From the NCBI GenBank assembly GCA_965287045.1, contig OZ336871.1, positions 54,126,001-54,190,000 of the forward strand: 64,000 nt of DNA. The letters run 5' to 3'. Within the stretch, counting starts at the first letter, position 1. Each line of letters opens with the position of its first letter. The translations under genes were made by a program, and so were the position numbers. The notes below the pieces were generated by a model. That model ran no database searches, was not told the DNA's origin, and was given only the letters and a program-made list of their open reading frames with translations. Below, piece after piece: positions 36,300 through 48,235 of this stretch. Source of the DNA: Carcharhinus amblyrhynchos. Its lineage: Eukaryota.

Positions 36300-37960
36300 A
36301 GATGTAGTATATCCAAGAGTAGAACAAGAAAATAGAAAATAGTAATATGGGAAATGAGGGGCACAGAACTGCAGGAAGCGACAGAGAGAAAAAGACTAAG
36401 AATGCACAAAGAATCAAGACTAGGTGTAACAAAGATAAAAAATTAAACTAATGATCTATATCTAAATGTACATAGCTTTCATAGCCAAATAAACAAATTA
36501 ATAGCATACACTGAAATAAATAAATATGATCTAATAGCCATTATGGAGACCTGGCTGCATGGGGACAAGAATTGGGTTCTGAATATAATGGGGTACAAGA
36601 TATTCAAAACGAAAAGAAACTAGATAAAACTGGAAGGATAGCATTGTTGATCAAGGATGACAGTGGCACAGTAAAGAGATCAACTTGGCTCAAGAGATCA
36701 GGATGTGGTAGGGTGGACATGAGGAATAGTAGGGGAAAGAAATTATTAGAGGGAGTGGATTATAGGCCCCATAACAGTAACCACAACAGAGCAAAGTATA
36801 CATGAAGAAATATTGGGTACTTGTGTTAGAGGAATGGTAATAATCATGGCTGACTTGAATTTATGTTTAAACTGAAAAAATCAGATTGGCAGTATTAGCC
36901 TGGATGAGGTTCTTAAAATAGTTCTAAGATATTTTCTTAGACCAGCATGTTCTGGAATCAACCATAGAACAGATCTTATAAACTTAGTGTTTTGCAACGT
37001 GACAGGAATAATTAATAACCTCAGAATAAAGGCAGCCCCAGATAGCAGCACTACAATATGACTGAATTTTACATCCAGTTTTATACTTTTGAAGTTAAAT
37101 AAGGGCAACTATGTGGGCATGAAAACTGAGCTAGGTGAAGTGAATTGGGATACAAGGCTAAGGGATAGATCAGTAGAGAATCGGTGGCAGATACATAAGG
37201 GGATATTTCAGAATAAGTATATAAAGAAAACTTTATATACTTACATAAGTCTTTATATAAAGAGGAACCATCACTCTTGGCTAACTAAAAAGTAAGCAGG
37301 TAGGTAAAGCAGGCAGGAAAGAAGGCAAATAGTATATTGGCCTTTATAGTGAGAGGATTTGCTGATAGGAATAGAGATGTTTTACTGCAATTGCATTGAG
37401 TGTTGGTGAGGCACACCTGGAAAATTGTGTGCAGTTCTGGTGTCCTTATTTGAGGAAGGATGCCCTTTAGAGGTAGTGCAGCAAAGGTTTACTAGGCTGA
37501 TTTCTGGGATAGCAGGTCTATTGCATGAGGAGAGACTAAGTCAGTTAGGATTACATTCATTGAAGTTTAGAAGAGTGAGAGGGGATCTTATAGAATTCTA
37601 AAATTCTAACAGGATTACTCAGGGTAGATGCAGAATGTTCCTGATGGTGGGGAGTTCAGAACTAGGGGGTCATGGTTTGAGGACAAAGGGGTAAATCTTT
37701 TAGGACTAATGCAAGGAGAAAGTTATTTACCCAGAAAGTGGTGAACCTGTGGAATTCACTGCCACAGGAAGTAGTTGAGGCCAAAATGTTGTGTGATTTC
37801 AAGAAAAAAATTAGATAAAGCTCTTGGGACTAGAGGCTTCAAGGGATATAGGGGAAGGCAGTTTCAGGATATTGAATTTGATGATCAACCATGACCAAAG
37901 TGAACGGTGGAGCAAGTTCAAAGGACTGAATGGTATGCTCTCCTTCTAGTTTTTATGTTT
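36300..37960 (+). mobile_element. CR1 with endonuclease region joined directly to RT C-terminus/3' UTR (internal deletion or two abutting copies)
   Basis: LYLNVHS..YDLIAIMETWL, GVDYRPHNS, LNKGNYVGMKTELGEVNW; from ~37300 KKANSILAFIVRG..VVNLWNSLPQEVVEA; tail ttctagtttttatgttt. Confidence 0.85.
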
Positions 37961-38125
37961 CCACTTGCCAACCAATCAGTATCCTCTTCTCATGCAATGT
38001 GAACTGTCGATCCCCTTTGAGATTTGACCTCCTTGAGGAGGTGTCCTGATGAGTGCAAATCAAAAACCTTCGACAGCATGTCTGTTTTTTTCAGTAAAAC
38101 TCAAATTCTGTACCACCAAGCACCT
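37961..38125 (+). mobile_element. Repeat end with decayed hammerhead-like motif (38043-38074)
   Basis: gtc ctgatga gtgcaaatc aaaa accttc gac: stem I GUC/GAC and CUGAUGA retained, GAAA box mutated. Confidence 0.45.
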
Positions 38126-40744
38126 ATTTTAAATAAACATCCTTTGTTCCTATTTTGCATAGGATGGATTAAGTGAATACATTTGGTGGGGGTGGGCAGT
38201 GATGAAAATCACAGCAAGAAAGACCTGACCTACAAGTGTCTTAATTATGAACAATGAAAAATACACTAATAAGATAGCAAACACATCTGTTATCACTCAA
38301 TGCATTTCCAACACTTGTAGTAAGTGGTTCCTCACTAGCTTGTAAATTCTAAGGTAACCCTTCAAAAAAGCATGAGGAGGTTAACTGTTCTTCTTCTGTG
38401 GCTTTGTTCATGTTTAAACCTTCTTTGTAGTGAGGTAGCAATTGAAGAAAATAACAGGATTTATTTCTTAGCCTTATTTTTGAGTGTGTGCACAATATTG
38501 AAAATCCTGTACAAAATGGCTGCTTGAATGATTTTATTTTAAATAGCTGATATTATGTCCGCATCTTTCCACATCAAACCCCACCTCAACCAGCCTTTCA
38601 ACATACTATTCAGTAGGAGGGATGCAGTCTGGTAAGTTGCCACGGTTCTGCTTGCCATTTCTGTTACTGAGATCCTCTGATTTCATGGAATGTCCCAGTG
38701 TAAGAACTAATCAGTTTGAGTGTTGAATCACATTCAGCAGACAGGAATGTGTGGCAAAAAAAAACCTTGGGAAAGTAATTCCAATGTGTGGGCTAAATCT
38801 TGATGTTCACTTTACATTCAAATAACAGTTTAGAGTTATTGCTCTGTGCTAATCATCCCGGAACAAAGTCCCCAACATAACTCAAGCTTGTGTGAAGCAC
38901 CAGTCTCGAGACTGACCTTTCACTCAGAAACCAGGAAAAAGCCACTAAGCTTATTCTGAAATTACTTCTGTGTATTAATAAATGGACTTTATTGCTTGCA
39001 TCCAGTTCATCTATCTGCTATTTTAATGGAGACAGTCATTTATTCATTTACAAGTTAAATGCTTCCTTAGAATTAAAAATGAATTCTAAGTAAAGTGTCT
39101 GTTCACTGATACTTGCATAGTATTACAAGACATCAGTATTTTAAACTGCCATTACTTAGGTAACAAGCTAATCATCCTATTTCAGCTTGGTCTAGTTTAA
39201 AAAAAATGCCAATTTCACACACTAATCGAGACCCTTCATCAGTTGGTAACGGATTAATGATGATATCCAAGGGCAAATGTTTCTAGAATTTACCCTCTTT
39301 ACGCATGACAAAATACTGCTCATCATTTTGGATTTTATTCAAATATCTCTAACTGATTCAGAGGAGTGATGGTGCCATCCAACAATGGACATCCTCCAGT
39401 GAAATTGTATTAATTTTAAAACTGCAGTGACAGCAGAATTTTATCTTTTTGCTGCCTATTACAAGGGATATTACAGTTTTGATTTACAAAGCAAAAGGTT
39501 CTTTACTGGCTAGTTCCAAATCCTTTACTGTTCAGCTGTCAAAGCTGTAATATTTATCAATTGAAATGAGAATGATCATTGCCATGTGCTAAGTGGATTT
39601 TAACAGGCAAGAACAAAATAATTTGTGGCACTATGCTGACCCCAAAACAGAATACATACTGTGAAAGTAGTGTTCTGTACTTTGTCAATCTGCAGTTTCA
39701 ACACTAAATAAAGATCACAAATGGCTGTTCCAGGGAGTTGATTTTAAAATGTAAATGGTAAAATATATTGACAATCCAATTAGTCTCTTCTGGCTAAACT
39801 CCTCTTTTATCTCAGTTACATTATGACAACTTAATAGGTAGAAATGGCCTCACATCTGAGGCAAGACCACAGTAGCTGTACAACCACATCTTCCAACTTT
39901 AATTGAAAGTAAATGTCTCCTCTTGAGTTTATTACCAGTAAATACTACTGCTTAAAATTGCTGCACCAATTGAAGAAATCTGCTACAAAATATACATCAA
40001 ACTGTTTTGTTGTGCAAAAGCAGTGCAGAGAGAATAAAAAGTATTGCAAGATTAATATGTTAAATGTTAACTACACATTTACTATACTAAAAAGAATGTT
40101 GATTTATACCATTTAGGACATTTTTGTCATTTAGTTTAAAAAATACAAATGTAATGCAACGCTATGAAAATTCTGCAGACAGTGCTTGGTCCTCTTCACC
40201 GATTGACACGAGGGTGATCAGTCTTCATATCAAGTTACTGGCAATTCTCCCATTCACAGACTGAACATTTGGAACTCGGAGGAGAGCCAGTGATTGAGAT
40301 GCAGAAAGAGAGCTCAGGTTACGGACAGAAACTTAAAATATATTCCTTCAACCAATGGCTGTCTTAGAACTCCTAATAGAGCCATGTATAACAACTACAG
40401 ATCACCTATAGGGCCAAAGGGTAAAGGTAATGTTGAATATGCCACCAAGTTATGGACAGGATGGGTGGAAAGGAGGAAAAAAAATTAGCAGGGTTTCCAA
40501 TGACCTTGCTGTAAAATGCATGTGAACTTCAGCTGAAGACAGGACCATGTTCGGCTGAACGGGTTCTTAGGATGACAATTTGAACAATGAACTGGTGAGG
40601 ATGGGTATACCCATGGATCTCAAGAAAAAAATTAATACATTCATTAAAAAAGTGAGGAATTGGTAAGAAAGGTAGCTTAAAATTCATACTTAATGTTACT
40701 TTAAAATATATCCTTGTTTGGGAAAATACCAGGAAAATGGGAGA

Positions 40745-40880
40745 ATAATCCCACTCAGGCCTAACCCTGTACCCCCATGTATTTACCCTGCTAATACCCC
40801 GACACTAAGGGGCAATTGAGCATGGCTAATCCACCTAACCCACACATCTTTGGACTGTGGGAGGTAACTGGAGCACCCAG
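40745..40880 (-). mobile_element. HE1-type SINE internal fragment
   Basis: gcatggctaatccacctaacccacacatctttggactgtgggagg..ggagcaccc. Confidence 0.8.
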
Positions 40881-42159
40881 AATTCTGATCTAATAATTGT
40901 CTGGGTTCCAGAGGTATGACTAACTTCGCAGTTGATTATTACTTTTAATGCATGATATATGTTTCGAATAAAATTTAAAACATGTAAATACTAACTGTAG
41001 TTTGTCGAAAGAAACAATGATCTTGGTTATGCTGCTTTTACCAGTCTTTGGATTGAACATTGAAAGCTTTATCTGCTTTTAAGAATATGGAAAAAGGTGA
41101 AGAGATTGGGAGGGAGGGTGGAGATCGGAGAAAGACTGCAACACTCACTTGTGTATTCAAGATTTCTTAATCTTCCACAACCTAAAAGCTCTTAACACAT
41201 GCTGCACCCTTGGTCTAATAAATGTTTTTATTTTCAAACATATGGTATAATAAGATAAACAGCAAAAAGAAATGCTGTGATTTAGAAGCTTAGGAATTAC
41301 ATTTAACCTCTATAAGTACAGCTTGACCATTAAACAGGTGTTTACTGCAAACACATGTTGAGATTTGATTAAGAGCACACGGTGCAGATCTGGAGTGTTT
41401 TATTCCTTCCTCCATTTTTGTAATATTGATGGCACTTCTTCAAGATCCTTGAAATGGAGGTTTCAAAATGTTTATTATTTAACAATAATTAGAATGGAAA
41501 TCCAATTTTGCAGTTCATTGATCTAAGCAAAGCAGAGTTGGGTTTGAAATTCTCAGCAGAAATGTAGACTCTTGAGAAGTTCACAAATGGAGTCAAAATC
41601 AGTAAGGAGATCGGCCATAGTTTTAAATGCAAAAAGCTTAAAAAGCTAATCTCATTTGGTTACATTGGTCCAGGCTCACTGGCTCTCCCAGTTGGACATT
41701 TCTCCTTTGGTGGATAGACTGCTTGAGGCAATTTTAATATTTTGGGTGAGTTTAATACATCAGAATTCAAAAATCCAGACATCCCAACAACATTAAGAAT
41801 AGCGACTATTATCAACATGACTGGAATAGTAATGCAACAAAAATAAATCAACCAACTCTTAGCTTCCAAAAATATCTTGGTCATGCTATAGTTAATTTAT
41901 TTATCTCTTCCACCACGGAGCACTAAATAACCAAACATTGGTCAAAGGAAACTGAGAAAACTCGCTAGTCTGTTTCTTGGGGGTCGTGTCATTTCAAAGC
42001 TCCTTGGACCAGCAACATCAATGACAGAATATGATAAAGAATTTTAAAGAAATTTTGCCTTTGATCTAATGCGAGAGGATTGCAGTAAACAATGGTCTTA
42101 CAGCAAATGTTGCCAATAATGTAATTACAACAAATTGGCCTTGCATACTGTTGGGAGAA

Positions 42160-42382
42160 TCAGGTTAGCTCAGTTGGCTGGATGGCTGGCTGGTTAGTGA
42201 TGCAGAATGATGCCAACAACACATGTTCAGTTCCTGTACTGGCTGAGATTACTCACAAAGGCCCCACCTTCTCAACCTCGCCTGTGATGTGGTGATCCTC
42301 AGGTTAAATTGCCACCAGCCAGCTCTCCCCTTCAAAGGGGAAAGCAGTCTATGGTCACCTGGGACAACAGCCACTTTACTTA
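42160..42382 (+). mobile_element. tRNA-derived SINE (second family)
   Basis: A-box ttagctcagttgg, B-box-like gttcagttcct, tail ccactttactta. Confidence 0.7.
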
Positions 42383-42461
42383 CTGACAATGCTGTCAGCA
42401 AAAGCAGCATTGTCAACTGCCAGAATGCCAGTTGCTTAAGTTAAGAGAAAAACAAAGATTA

Positions 42462-43226
42462 TGAGTCGATTCTCCCAGCCTGCTGGGAGACAAGAGGAGG
42501 CTGTGTATTGGTTTTTCCTCTGGGCGACAGGGCCTCTGCACATCTCCAGCTGCCAGATTTCTGGCGTCATCAGCTCCCCGCCAGAAATCGGTGTGGAGTT
42601 CATTAAAATATTTAAATTCAAATTTGAATTTGATTAGCAAGCCCGGGACTGAAGTCTCCAGGTCTGCTAGCCTGTCGCCCATCTCCCCCCTCCCCATGAG
42701 GAGTGGTTCACTCCAGCAGGGTTTACAACAGCTCTCCACTAATGGGAAGCTGGTGGCCCAACCCCACTGGAGTGAAGGGGGCCATGGAGGCTCTTCAAAA
42801 GGCCTGGGGTAAGAAGGGATTGCTCCCTGGCCATTGCCAGGCTGGTAGTGCAAGCTCAGCCCCCTGGCACTGCCCCTGGGGGTGGAGGGGGTTGGCGCGC
42901 TGAAGGGAGAGGTGACAGCAATCAGGGTGTGTTGGGGGTTGGAGGGGCAGTGATATGTGGGATTGCAGGGCTGGCCAGAGATGGGGAGGCCAGCAGTGTG
43001 GGGCTACTGTGCATGTGCCAATCTCGGCTCTAACAGATCAGTGCATTCGCACTGCTGCAGTCCTCTCCGGTAGGAATAGGTCCGCCCACTGATTTTTAAC
43101 AAGATCACGCGCAGGCACTCTGCAGTGCTCAGCGTGTGGGAGATTCAAATTGAAAATCTCGCTGAAAAAGCAACGTTATGTACTCCAGTTTTTACCCAAA
43201 TTCGGCACTTATTTTGGGAGGAATTT
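42462..43226. mobile_element. GC-rich non-autonomous DNA element (MITE-like)
   Basis: Termini gattctccca / tgggaggaatt, CpG-rich interior, no coding capacity. Confidence 0.6.
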
Positions 43227-43334
43227 TTTTGTAGGGAATTCAATCCTTCGCATTTGAGTTAATATTAAACTGGAGATCCAAGACAGTCAATGTTCATACA
43301 AGCCAGATAACACTCGGATATTTAGTGAATCCTG

Positions 43335-44185
43335 CCTCCATCGCTCTCTTGTGAAAATACCACAGACTCAGACCCTCAGAGAATCTTTTCTTCCTCGTCT
43401 GTTGTAATAGGTTGGAGAGTCCTAAACTGTGTCACCTAGTTCCAGCTTCCTCCACAGGGGGAACCATCCCTTCAGCATTCACCCTGTCAAGTCCCCCTCA
43501 AAATCTCACATGTTTCAATAAGATAACCTCTTGTTTTCCTAAAGCCCACTGGATACAACTTTGGTCAAAAACTAACCTCTTCATCCCTGGAATTAGTCAA
43601 GTGAACCTTCTCTTAACTGCTTCTAATGCAACTATGTCCCTTCTTAAGTAAGGAGACAAAACTATACGCACTGTAAAACTGAAGCAAAAAAACTTCCCTA
43701 CTTTAATATTCCATTCCCCTTGCAAGAACCATCATTTCATTTGCCTTATGAATCACTTGCTGTATCCATGAACTAACTTTTGTGATTCATGTACTCGGAG
43801 ATCCTGTTCCCTCTGTACAGTAGAGTTCTGTAATATCTCTCCATTTAGCTAATATGCTGATTTTATTTTCTTCCTGACAAAATGGACAAGTTCACATTTT
43901 CCCACATGATACTCCATCTGCCAAATGTTTGCCCACTCAGTTAACATAACTACATACCTTTGCAAACTCCTTACATTCTCTTCACAAGTTACTCTCCTAC
44001 CTTTCTTTGTGTCATCAGCAAATTCAGCAACCATACATTTAGTCCCTTAGGCTCCAGCTCCAATCCCCGTGGCACTCCACTTGTGGCATCTTGCCAACCC
44101 AAAAATGACCCATTCGTGCCTACTCTGTCTCCCATTAGTTAACCAATCTGATATCCATGCTGCTATGTTACTCCCTACACCTTGA
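43335..44185 (-). mobile_element. Decayed CR1 RT fragment
   Basis: MVAEFADDTKKGRRVTCEENVRSLQ..WANIWQMEYHVGKCELVHF; SGVPRG at ~44065-44080. Confidence 0.9.
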
Positions 44186-45637
44186 GCGCTTCATCTTGTA
44201 AGACTAGGAGAGGTATGAACTTAATCCAAAAGTTTAAAAGACAGTGTATATTAGTGTGAGAGTGAGAAAAGATTAGTTGGTTCATCTTCCAGTACATTAA
44301 CTTCATTACATTGTACCATTTGATTTTGAGCAGGCCCAAAAGTAACTTCTGTCTTTTCTAGATAAAAACATAATACAAACATCATGTGATATTACACAGC
44401 GGGTTAATAATACAAAAACAGATGCTGAGCTAAAGGAGAAAATTCCAGGAGGAATACCAAATAGTTCAGCCAGAGAGGGGCTATAAGGAAGTGCTTAAGG
44501 AGGTGGAGTTATCAAGAGGCTTAGGGTGGGAATTACATTTAAGATGTAGACTACAGAAGGCATAGTTACCAATGATTTGATGAAAGGAGTGGAGGACTCA
44601 CAAGAGGTCTGGTGCTGGAGAAATGCTGACTTGTAGGAGGGTTCTAGGACTGGAAACGGTTACAGAGCCAATGACCAGGATTTTCCAGCCTTTCCTGTTA
44701 GCATAATCTCGTTCCCCAGCAGTGTGGTTGGCGAGCCACAAAAAATGGCCATCATCTTTGGTGGGGCCAGCAGATCCCATCAGTGGTCAATGGCAAGCCT
44801 CCTATTATGCTCAGGAGGGACAATGGGATGAGTGAGGCTTTGAGCGGCTGATAGGCTGAGGCTGGATCAGAAATATATGATACGTCAGAGGAGAAGTGAA
44901 ATGGTCTTCGTGAGAGGATATGGGAAGTTCAGCTCGGGATCAAATAGAAGATTGAAGATTCAAACAATCTGGCTCAACCTGAGAGACTAATGAGGGAGGA
45001 TGATGGAATTGATGGCGATGAGAAAGACTTAGCTGCAAGGGCCAAAGTCAATGGTTTTGTGTGACCAATGTTTAACTGGAAGAACTGTAGTAAATTGATT
45101 CAAAACTGGATGTCAGACAAGCCTTACAACAAAACTTTGATGGCGAGGTCAAGGGAGTGATGGAGAGACAGAACTAGAAGTCATCAGTGTACATGTCGAA
45201 CCTGACCCATGACTTTGGGTGATTTCACCAAGGGATAGCATGCAGATAAGGATGAGCAGGAGGCTAAGGATACTTCCACGTGGAAAGGTATTGTTGGAGA
45301 TGCTTTGAATATGATTAGAAAACTGAGTACAATGGATGGCTTTCAACTTTGTTACAATCTCCATAGAGACCATTAGCTTTAAAAATACAAATTCAAACTT
45401 CTGGTTGAAAGCTAAAAGGACAACATGATAAGATTTCATGATTTAAAGATTTTCACTGTAACAAATAGACAAAAATCATTATTAACTAAACACTTTTTTG
45501 TCAGCAATTTATACTTAAAATTACACAAAATTGACTTTGGCAATACCAGATGATCATGCCAGCAGGAACAGCCAGAATCTCCCACCCATAGTCCCAAATC
45601 ATAACAATCTTACGAACTATTGTAACTGATATATATA

Positions 45638-45762
45638 TGAATGCCTCAGCACTGGACTTCAGCAAGCAGTGGATATCCCTGTTCATCCATGGTTTCCAGT
45701 TGGAAAACACAGAATTACTTCTTTGGCGCACAGTCTTCCACATGCTTACTACTGAAGTCACT
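45638..45762 (-). mobile_element. Inverted internal piece of Rex1/Babar ORF
   Basis: VFSNWKPWMNRDIHCLLKSSAEAF matches Rex1 (PNxKPW) inter-domain region. Confidence 0.75.
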
Positions 45763-45802
45763 TACTACAGTGGCACAGTCGTTCAGGTTGCTTGCAGACT
45801 TT

Positions 45803-46403
45803 CAAGTCCAGATCATTAAAAATCTGTTCTGGTCCCCCCCATTCTGATGCTCTAGATAAGAAAGCCCACCAACGTCCCTACTTTCTCAGGAGGTCAAGGA
45901 AATTTGGCATGTCCGCTATGACTCTCACCATTTTTTACAGATTCACCATAGAAAGCATTCTTTCTGGATGTTTCACAGCTTGGTGTGGCTCCTGCTCTGA
46001 CCAAGACTGCAGGAAACTACAAAGGATCACTCAAACCAGCCTTCCATCAGTTGCGCTGTCTAAACTTTCTGCTGCTTTGGAAAAGCAGCCAGCATAATCA
46101 AGGACACTACACACCCTGGACATACTCTCTTCCACTTTCTTCCATTAGGAAAAAGATACAAAAGTCTGAGGACGTGTACCAACCAACTCAAGAATAGCTT
46201 TTTCCCTGCAGCCACCAGACTTCTGAATGGACTTACCTTGCATTAAGTTGATCTTTCTCTACATCCTAGCAATAACTATAATGCTACATCCTGCACTCTC
46301 TCCTCTCTTTCTCTACGTACTGTATGCTTTGTCTGTATAGTGCACAAGAAACAATACTTTTTACTATGTACTAATACATGTGACAATAATAAATCAAATC
46401 AAA
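45803..46403 (+). mobile_element. Rex1/Babar LINE 3' fragment
   Basis: KKAHQRPYFLRRSRKFGMSAMTLTIFYRFTIESILSGCFTAWCGSC; tail aataataaatcaaatcaaa. Confidence 0.9.
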
Positions 46404-47149
46404 CTGCAACAACTGTGTCAAAGCATTAGGGACAGTAAGAGAATAATGGGCAGTGCATCATGGTCACAAATTATGTTCATTATCACTTTGATTCGTGCCA
46501 TTTCAGTGGCACGAGCATAGGAAATTTGAAAGCAGACGTTCAAACGTGTAGTTGTAGTTAAGATGGGTATCATTGTGAGTTAAGATGGGCACAATTATGG
46601 CAGTCAGCAACATATTTCAGAACTTGAGAGAAAATGGAGTTGGCAATAGAATGACGGTTTGTGAGGGTTTTGAAGTGGGATGATGATAATTTTGTAGGGA
46701 ACAGGCAGTATTTGAGGAGACAAAACCATTTAGATTGTCACCTGGTATGGGGCCAGAAAGGGAAGTTGGTGTTCAGCAGGCTCGTGGAAGGTGGTCAAAG
46801 AAGCAGAGAGGAATCTCATGAACAAGATAACATTGGAGGTGGCATATGGGGAAATAGAGAAAAGGCTCAAACAAGACAAAAGTTCAGGATTAGGGCAACA
46901 ACAGAAAGAGGAAAACCAGCAGGTGAAAAGATTGTTACCATCTTAATGACAAAGCCCAGGAGCCTACTTCACTTATTCAGGCTGTCGACAACTATAGGGA
47001 CTTTCTAGAATATCCTGAAGTGAGTAGCTTTGACAGAGCAGAGAAAGGCCTACTAATAGTTGATGTGGTCCAGCCTGGTCTGGCAATGGATACTGGAATC
47101 AGTTGTGTCCTAGAAGCGTTCAATGTGCATTCCTTGGACTTGAGAAAGT

Positions 47150-47385
47150 TAGGTGTTTCAAATGATGATAGGATCTAAGAGGGTAGATTTAGAGAAATAG
47201 TTTCCTGTGGCGTCAGTATCCAGAACAGGGAATGTAATCCTAAAATCAGAGCTAGGCCAGTCAAGATGAAAAATCAGAAAACATGTTTGACACAAAGAGC
47301 AAAGGTTTGTGGTGGTGGGTCAACTGAAATCGATATATTGTTGTTGGCTAAGGGTGTGAAAGGATATGAATCTAAGGTATATATA
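47150..47385 (+). mobile_element. Old CR1 3' fragment adjacent to HIBADH exon
   Basis: aggtgtttcaaatgatgatagga..gggtagatttagagaaatagtttcct..cagaacagggaatgtaatcctaaaatcagagctaggcc. Confidence 0.6.
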
Positions 47386-47437
47386 ACTTTATTAATTCTA
47401 GCAAAACAAATATGAGAAGGAGCAATAATGAACAAAC

Positions 47438-47514
47438 CTGATTCCCAGATTCATTGTTTCAGAAGTTCCAATCATACTAATAGCTAGAAGCATGTTGTTA
47501 CAGATCTTTGCTGC
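47438..47514 (-). CDS. HIBADH: 3-hydroxyisobutyrate dehydrogenase, exon with catalytic lysine (exon 6 equivalent)
   Basis: Acceptor ctgtttatAG, donor GTttgt; 77 bp; AAKICNNMLLAISMIGTSETMNLGI(R); phase 0 start, phase 2 end matches next exon; not in the ORF track. Confidence 0.97.
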
Positions 47515-48101
47515 CTATAAACAGAGGTCACAATTAATGAAAGAGGTAAATAACTTCAAAATCTTGCATGCATTTAAATACCTACAAAACACATTACTGC
47601 AATAATGATGCAAAATGTTATATGGAAATTTAAAATGCGCTGAGCTGGAAGTACCTGAACTTTCAGTTACTTCAGAAACACCGGTTTGATTTACAGATAT
47701 AAACCTCCGATCTTTGGGTGGGAAATTGCACTTCACTGACAGTGCAAAAATGGGAAACAACAAACTGGCAACCCATTTTACATTCCACCCAATTATCTAT
47801 TCTACTAATTTCTAGAAAAGAAGATTGGCCGGAGTGTGAAGCAGTTTGCTGTTTCACTGTTACATATTTTGTGCTATTGCCAAATTTAAAACACATTCCA
47901 TCTTAAAGTCTCTTCTGAGATAGGCAGCACGTGTCCTGAATCACTTCTATTCATTTAACACACCTATTTAGTTATAATTTCCATGCTTTATATCTGCTTA
48001 TACTTACAAAAAAACTACTCAGTGAAATTCTGACACTGGGGAGGACTTAACTTGATCAAATGACGTGATTTCATAATCAAAACCAATTTCTGTTTAGTTA
48101 C

Positions 48102-48235
48102 CTGTCCAGTTCCAACCTCTCCACAGTAAACCACATTGGTGCCCATGCAGCTCAGCAATTCTTTGGCTGCATTAAATTCTCCTTCCAATCCCCCGACCAT
48201 GAATGTCAGGTTGCCAGCCCGAGCAGCCCCGACAC
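48102..48235 (-). CDS. HIBADH: 3-hydroxyisobutyrate dehydrogenase, internal exon (exon 5 equivalent)
   Basis: Acceptor attctttcAG, donor GTaact; 134 bp; (G)VGAARAGNLTFMVGGLEGEFNAAKELLSCMGTNVVYCGEVGTGQ. Confidence 0.98.

Larger units (their letters stand above)
44370..47110 (-). mobile_element. Fragmented old L2 LINE, interrupted by MITE (~44672-44820) and Rex1
   Basis: FPRGSILSLLLILICMLSLGEITQSHG (VPQGSILGPLLFLIYMLPLG motif) at 45200-45290; L2-like 3' region 44370-44670. Confidence 0.6.

Noticed and set aside
42160-42245. tRNA gene
   Set aside because: A/B-box-like head only, no cloverleaf, continues into SINE body; same for HE1 heads
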